Below, one piece after another: positions 58,322 to 62,832 of a stretch of 62,832 bases of DNA. The position numbers were made by a program, and so were the translations under genes. The DNA comes from Bacteroidales bacterium (lineage in GTDB: Bacteria; Bacteroidota; Bacteroidia; Bacteroidales; UBA7960): contig SKSE01000083.1 in the NCBI GenBank assembly GCA_007118135.1, positions 1 through 62,832 of the forward strand. The letters are read 5' to 3'. A model generated the notes under the pieces. That model was not told the DNA's origin, searched no databases, and saw only the letters and a list, made by a program, of their open reading frames with translations. Numbering within the stretch: the stretch's first letter is position 1; each line of letters starts with the position of its first letter.

Positions 58322-58449
58322 CCAATCAATCCTGATATCCTCTACCGGGCTGCAATAAGCTGTTTATTATCAGGAAAAATGGCGGGATTGTCAGGGATGT
58401 CATCCCAGTCAGCCGTTTTTCCTTTTTTCTCACTTTCATATTTTCCTAT

Positions 58450-58481
58450 TAACCCTTTAACCCAATAACCTATTAACCCAA
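58450..58481. repeat. Second 8-nt-phased TAACC array, immediately 3' of the histidine kinase stop
   Basis: taac starts at 58450, 58458, 58466 and 58474. It shares the 10-mer tattaaccca (58471-58480) with the array at 56016-56025. Confidence 0.75.
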
Positions 58482-58484
58482 ATC

Positions 58485-59996
58485 CTACCTGTCCGCAGGC
58501 AAAGTAACTACAAATTCAGCACCACCGCATTGGCGATCATGAACTTCAATGGTTCCGTGATGTTTTTCTACGATGCTTTGAGTGATGGCAAGACCGATAC
58601 CAAGTCCAAAATCCTGACTTGCAGTTTTGGTGGTAAAGCTGGAATCGAAGATTCGTTTTTTAATTTTATCGGGTACACCAGGGCCATTGTCGGCTACCTT
58701 AAACCAAACATGTTCATTGTCATCAGCAAGACCGCAGGAAATATATAATGTACCTACATCGTTCATGGCATCGCAGGCATTGATAATCAGGTTGGTCCAT
58801 ACCTGGTTTAGCTCACCTACAAAGCAACGCACCAGTGGAATTTCAGAGAAATCTATCTTAACTTTAATATCCTTAAGCCTGTTACCCAAAATCTGGAGGG
58901 TTTCTCTAATACCCTCGCGTAAATCGGCCACTTCGGGTTCTTTACCCGGCTGCCGGCTGTAACTTTTCAGGCTTTTTACCAGATACTCTATTCTTGCTGT
59001 TGACAAACGGATACCATTCATAAATACACCAGATTGATATGCATCGAGCAAAAGTTGAAGCATTTCTTCTTTTTCTTCCTTTTGGGCAAACGGTCTCAAG
59101 CGGTCAAGAACGTCATTTCCCATTTCTGCCATGGTTCGCAGTTTGCTTCTTTGCAGATGGGGATATCTTTTAGCCAGTTCTTTCATTTTTAATCTTTGCT
59201 CTGCAGTACCGGCAAATTCACGCTTAAGACCTGTCTCGAAAAAGAATCTCACTAATCCTGTTTCAGGCAGTGCTGATGCCTTCTGTGCAAGGTCGGGAAG
59301 ATTAGTGGACAAATAATCAACCGACCGCAACAGTGCTGATGCGGGATTGTTAATCTCATGGGCCAGGCCTGCAGTAAGCTCACCCAACGTGGCCATCTTT
59401 TCCTGCGAGATCAGGGCATTACGGGTGCGCTCAAGCTCCCTGATGGTTTTTTTCAGATGGTTTTTTTCGGCTTCAAGTTGTTTGGTCAGTTCTGCTACCT
59501 CCACATGCAGTGTAACCACTTTGCGGTAGCGCTCGGCAAGGTTAGAGAAAATAAGGCCTTGCAGCGTTTTGCTGATATCAGGGTATCTTGTGAGAAAAAC
59601 TTCAAAACTATCATGATCCAGGGCCAGGGTGGTTACCTTGGTACTGGCTTTGGCACTGGTAAAAACCGGCTCGCCCGTCTGGAACGACAGCAATCCGATA
59701 AAATCCCCCGGACCTTGCATACCAATATTTGTATTCACATCCTCACCCTCCTTAACCTGCGATACGTAACCGTCAAGGATAATAAAAAGCTTGTTGTTTT
59801 CTTCGAACTCCCTCAGCATAAACTTGCCCTCAGGGAAAGTCTGTTTAAGACGCGACATGAGCTCCGAAGCGGGCATCATCTCCTTTATCTTTTCCACGAA
59901 AGTGGCCTTATCGTAAATAGGTCTTGCCGATGCTCCAATTACATTGGGATTGCGTTCTGATTTTGGTTTTTCGGGTCTGCGGGATTCCATCTGCAA
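58485..59996 (-). CDS. Cytoplasmic sensor histidine kinase with an N-terminal CAP/cNMP-binding-like domain
   Basis: The cNMP-like beta-roll is LFIILDGYVSQV...GPGDFIGLLSF. A coiled coil follows, then the H-box LGELTAGLAHEINNPASAL and the HATPase N/G boxes (NLIINACDAM, ADNGPGVP, GLGIGLA). Confidence 0.8.
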   Translation of the reverse strand: MQMESRRPEKPKSERNPNVIGASARPIYDKATFVEKIKEMMPASELMSRLKQTFPEGKFMLREFEENNKLFIILDGYVSQVKEGEDVNTNIGMQGPGDFIGLLSFQTGEPVFTSAKASTKVTTLALDHDSFEVFLTRYPDISKTLQGLIFSNLAERYRKVVTLHVEVAELTKQLEAEKNHLKKTIRELERTRNALISQEKMATLGELTAGLAHEINNPASALLRSVDYLSTNLPDLAQKASALPETGLVRFFFETGLKREFAGTAEQRLKMKELAKRYPHLQRSKLRTMAEMGNDVLDRLRPFAQKEEKEEMLQLLLDAYQSGVFMNGIRLSTARIEYLVKSLKSYSRQPGKEPEVADLREGIRETLQILGNRLKDIKVKIDFSEIPLVRCFVGELNQVWTNLIINACDAMNDVGTLYISCGLADDNEHVWFKVADNGPGVPDKIKKRIFDSSFTTKTASQDFGLGIGLAITQSIVEKHHGTIEVHDRQCGGAEFVVTLPADR

Positions 59997-60013
59997 CCTG
60001 TTGAATTAGAAAA

Positions 60014-60502
60014 TTACACGTATCCTTTGTTGCGTATAGCTTGCTGCAGTCTTTCCTGGTCAAGAACTGACATATATGGCAACAACTCTTTTTCATGATC
60101 TATAACATAGGTAGTGAGTTCTTCAATGGCCACTTCAAGTATATGTTGCGGTTTCCAGGGTTTGGCAATGTATCGGTTGAGCTTGGCCTTATTTACGGCT
60201 TCGATAGTTTCTTCAAGACCGGCCTGCCCTGTAAGTAAAACCTTACGGGTATGTTCAGTAAAAGGATCTTTCTGCATTTCAATCATCAGGTCAACCCCTT
60301 TATCGCCGGGCATAATATGATCGCAAATGGCCAAGCCAATTTTATTTCCTTCTTCTTTAATTTCGTTTATTAGCTGGCGGGCCTCATCAGCCGAATGGGC
60401 AATTTCAATGGGAAAAACCTCCTCCAGTTTTTCGAGGTCGCGAATTACTACATCCAGGACCTGAGGCTCATCTTCAACGCATATAATATAGATATCAGAC
60501 AT
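60014..60502 (-). CDS. Stand-alone response regulator receiver protein (no output domain, ~40-aa C-terminal extension)
   Basis: CVEDEP (acidic pocket), LAICDHIMPG (phospho-Asp), VLLTGQA (Thr) and YIAKPW (Lys). Confidence 0.8.
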   Translation of the reverse strand: MSDIYIICVEDEPQVLDVVIRDLEKLEEVFPIEIAHSADEARQLINEIKEEGNKIGLAICDHIMPGDKGVDLMIEMQKDPFTEHTRKVLLTGQAGLEETIEAVNKAKLNRYIAKPWKPQHILEVAIEELTTYVIDHEKELLPYMSVLDQERLQQAIRNKGYV

Positions 60503-60514
60503 GACTTTCCTTTT

Positions 60515-62146
60515 TTAGTTCATAATTAGGGGCCAGTATAATTGTGATAAAACCAGTACGGCAACTATGCCCACCAGTCCGATGATAATTCCAATCTTAA
60601 CCATATCGGGGGTTTTGATAAAACCTGTGCTCATGGCGATGGCGTTGGGTGGTGTTGAGATGGGCAGCAGCATGGCCATATTGCATGCTGCTCCGATAAC
60701 AAGGCTGGTAATCACCAGGCTGAACCCTTCACCGGCAATGCCCGAGGTTCCCATGCTGACGGCCAGGGGTATAAGCAATGTAGCAGTAACTGTATTGGAA
60801 AGAAAGTTGGAAAGCATCAATGCCACAAATCCAAAAACCAACAAAAGCAGCAATTGCGGGAAGGCATCCCAACTGATACTGGATACCAGCCACATGGCCA
60901 GTCCTGTGTTTTCCATACTGATACCCAGAGCAATGCCCCCTGCCACCAGCCATAGTACTTCCCAGGGCAACGAGCGGATATCATCCTGCTTCATAACACT
61001 TGTAACCGTTAAGCCCACAATAGGCAAAAAAGCTACCATAGAACTGGGAATTCCGTGTTGTGCTTCTGTAAACCATAGCAACACTGTTATTCCAAATAAA
61101 GCATATAAAACCTTGGCTTTCAATGATTTATCAAAATTACCCTTCAAACTAAGTATGAAGCTATCTATGGTAGGGGGATATAGGATTCTCATTGCTGACA
61201 ATGCTATAAAAAGCAAAAAAAGCGTTAGTGGCAACATGAGCGCCACCCATGAACCAAAGGCTATGTTAATGCCTTGCTGGGTAAGATTGGCAATAACAAT
61301 GGCGTTGGGTGGTGTCCCGATAGGTGTGGCTATACCGCCTATATTGGCAGCTATGGGGATACTCAAAGCCAGGATGATCCGGAATTTATCTTCCTTGCTA
61401 ACCTGCATAGCAATGGGAATAGCTACTGTCATCATCATGGCAGTGGTAGCCGTGTTGCTCATAAAAGCCGAAAGAGTGGCCGTAACAAGCATAAGGCCCA
61501 GAATAATAAGCATGGGCTTTTGACCAAAAGGTTTTAACAATACATTGGTAAGATTTTTATCAAGATTGTACTTTACCGAGGCACCTGCCAACATAAAACC
61601 ACCCAGAAACAGTATGATGATGGGATTGGCCAGAGTTCCAAAAAACACAGAAAAGCCCGGTGGTGTATAACCTACAAGTTTATGGCGGGTATCGGCAACC
61701 AACCTGGTTTCAGTTGAGATATCAGCACTTTCAACCAGTGTCATTTCTCCCATCTTCAGTATGTTTACTTTCATGGGCTTATATTTTTGGGAGTCCTGCA
61801 TAATGAGCACTTTTCCATCCTGGATGGCCCCGGGCGGAACAAGCCACTCATTCCCCGATTGATGCTCAGGCACTGCTTCCGGTAACTGTGTTTCGGAATA
61901 CAACAATCCCTGCTGGCTCAGCAGCGTAATCTGTAAAAAGATCACCAGCATGGATGTGGAGTAAATGGGAATGGTTTCAAACATCCAGAAAACGGCTGCC
62001 ATAAGAAAGATACCCAGTGCAATATGCCCTGCGTATGATAATCCATCGAACTGAAAAAACAAGGGAAGTAAAAAACCAAGTAGACCAAGAGACAGACCTG
62101 TAATGGTCTTAAGACTGAAAGATTTCTGCTTTTTTTTGATGGGCAT
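60515..62146 (-). CDS. SLC13/DASS family (divalent anion:Na+ symporter-like) permease with an N-proximal soluble insertion
   Basis: SNTATTAMMMTVAIPIA, and two IGTPPNAIV / ISTPPNAIA hairpin motifs, are typical of DASS transporters. Confidence 0.85.
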   Translation of the reverse strand: MPIKKKQKSFSLKTITGLSLGLLGFLLPLFFQFDGLSYAGHIALGIFLMAAVFWMFETIPIYSTSMLVIFLQITLLSQQGLLYSETQLPEAVPEHQSGNEWLVPPGAIQDGKVLIMQDSQKYKPMKVNILKMGEMTLVESADISTETRLVADTRHKLVGYTPPGFSVFFGTLANPIIILFLGGFMLAGASVKYNLDKNLTNVLLKPFGQKPMLIILGLMLVTATLSAFMSNTATTAMMMTVAIPIAMQVSKEDKFRIILALSIPIAANIGGIATPIGTPPNAIVIANLTQQGINIAFGSWVALMLPLTLFLLFIALSAMRILYPPTIDSFILSLKGNFDKSLKAKVLYALFGITVLLWFTEAQHGIPSSMVAFLPIVGLTVTSVMKQDDIRSLPWEVLWLVAGGIALGISMENTGLAMWLVSSISWDAFPQLLLLLVFGFVALMLSNFLSNTVTATLLIPLAVSMGTSGIAGEGFSLVITSLVIGAACNMAMLLPISTPPNAIAMSTGFIKTPDMVKIGIIIGLVGIVAVLVLSQLYWPLIMN

Positions 62147-62153
62147 AAAAAGA

Positions 62154-62699
62154 TTAATGTTTTAGCTTAAATCTGACTGGCAAGGTAATAGCAATCCTTA
62201 CCGGATAGGTTGCAATGGTTCCAGGTTGCAATACTGGGAGATTTTCTAATACCTTTATTACCTCTTCATCGCAACCGTCACCAATACCCCGCAATATAGA
62301 AATATTGGAAATACTACCGTCCTTTTCCACAATAAAATTTACAAGTACAACGCCCTCAGTGTTATTAGTAATAGCTCTTTCGGGATATTCAAGGCGCTTG
62401 TCAATAAAACTGTGGATTCCGCCGGGATAAGATAATCGTGGGTATGTATCGGCAATCATATGTACACGATTATCGTCAACACCTTCAGAGGGCTTCATAA
62501 TAAGTTCATTGCGATAAAAGCTGGTAACACTATTACCGCTTACAAAAATGATTTCTTTGTTTCCACCTGAATTATCATTAAGCCCGGAAGCAAAAACAGG
62601 ATAAAAATCAGGCAATACCAGCAAAACATAAACTATAGCAGAAAAGTAATATAGCCCGGGAAAAAATTGTATCGGCTTATATTTAAAGCTGCGCGCCAT
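62154..62699 (-). CDS. TonB C-terminal domain protein (membrane anchored)
   Basis: N-terminal TM helix. The C-terminus YPERAITNNTEGVVLVNFIVEKDGSISNISILRGIGDGCDEEVIKVLENLP is the TonB_C fold signature. Confidence 0.75.
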   Translation of the reverse strand: MARSFKYKPIQFFPGLYYFSAIVYVLLVLPDFYPVFASGLNDNSGGNKEIIFVSGNSVTSFYRNELIMKPSEGVDDNRVHMIADTYPRLSYPGGIHSFIDKRLEYPERAITNNTEGVVLVNFIVEKDGSISNISILRGIGDGCDEEVIKVLENLPVLQPGTIATYPVRIAITLPVRFKLKH

Positions 62700-62832
62700 T
62701 GATGGAATCAGTTTTCAGGATATAGTAAATATGGATGGCGCTAAATTACAAAAATTAGTGCATAAACCCGGAAAGATTAAGAAAGAAAAAGCCCCATAAA
62801 AAAGGAGCTCCTTTCATAAATAAAAACAAATC

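Noticed and set aside
58326-58439. 37-aa minus-strand ORF (MKVRKKEKRLTGMTSLTIPPFFLIINSLLQPGRGYQD) in the repeat-rich spacer
   Set aside because: It is short, overlaps hairpin repeats, and has no support other than an ATG and one hydrophobic stretch. It cannot be distinguished from chance.
59358-59960. 200-aa plus-strand ORF inside the histidine kinase gene
   Set aside because: It is a shadow ORF opposite a gene with H-box and HATPase motifs, and it has no motifs of its own.
60567-61523. 318-aa plus-strand ORF inside the DASS transporter gene (also 61274-61537)
   Set aside because: It is antisense to a strongly motif-supported permease gene. Its Ala/Ile/Pro-rich translation is typical of the reverse frame of membrane-protein genes.
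62795-62816. Short palindrome aaaggagctccttt near the window end as a terminator of an upstream minus-strand gene
   Set aside because: The stem is only 4-6 bp with essentially no loop, and the upstream gene lies outside the window. The evidence is insufficient.

Overview
The window is a 62.8-kb, densely coding, AT-rich chromosomal segment that looks like Bacteroidota. The signs are T9SS C-terminal sorting domains, BACON and FISUMP lipoproteins, TAnnTTTG-type -7 promoter boxes and many lipoprotein-type signal peptides. I support about 44 protein genes and two tandem tRNA-Leu genes (anticodons CAG and GAG). I also call several hairpin terminators and a few structured or phased non-coding repeats. 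I saw no rRNA, CRISPR array, transposase, integrase, phage gene or recognisable defence gene, so most of the window is ordinary core genome. Gene content falls into these groups: (1) peptide catabolism (oligopeptidase B, M19 dipeptidase, PepE, S41 Ctp protease, two rhomboids); (2) a glycogen locus (GH133 debrancher, GT4, GH57 and a 1429-aa GT3 synthase fused to a GT35 phosphorylase); (3) envelope and secreted proteins; (4) fabG, smpB and an MscS channel; (5) several signalling proteins. The items most worth a second look are: (a) A cyanophycin-synthetase homologue at 27034-29778, next to pepE. It keeps the CphA N-domain, including an HxxEH motif, but by my motif comparison has lost the ATP-grasp and Mur-ligase catalytic signatures and carries an unrelated C-terminal tail. 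(b) A 1009-aa helical protein with an ORC/Arch-ATPase-like module whose Walker A lysine is isoleucine, lying upstream of the MscS gene. (c) A tight four-gene operon: TonB_C protein, SLC13/DASS transporter with an ~88-aa insertion, orphan receiver, and a histidine kinase with a CAP/cNMP-like domain. (d) Unusual non-coding elements: a 127-bp nested inverted repeat, tandem 60-bp hairpin units, and 8-nt-phased YAAC arrays directly 3' of two genes. All functional calls rest on motif recognition from the translated ORFs. No database search was possible.
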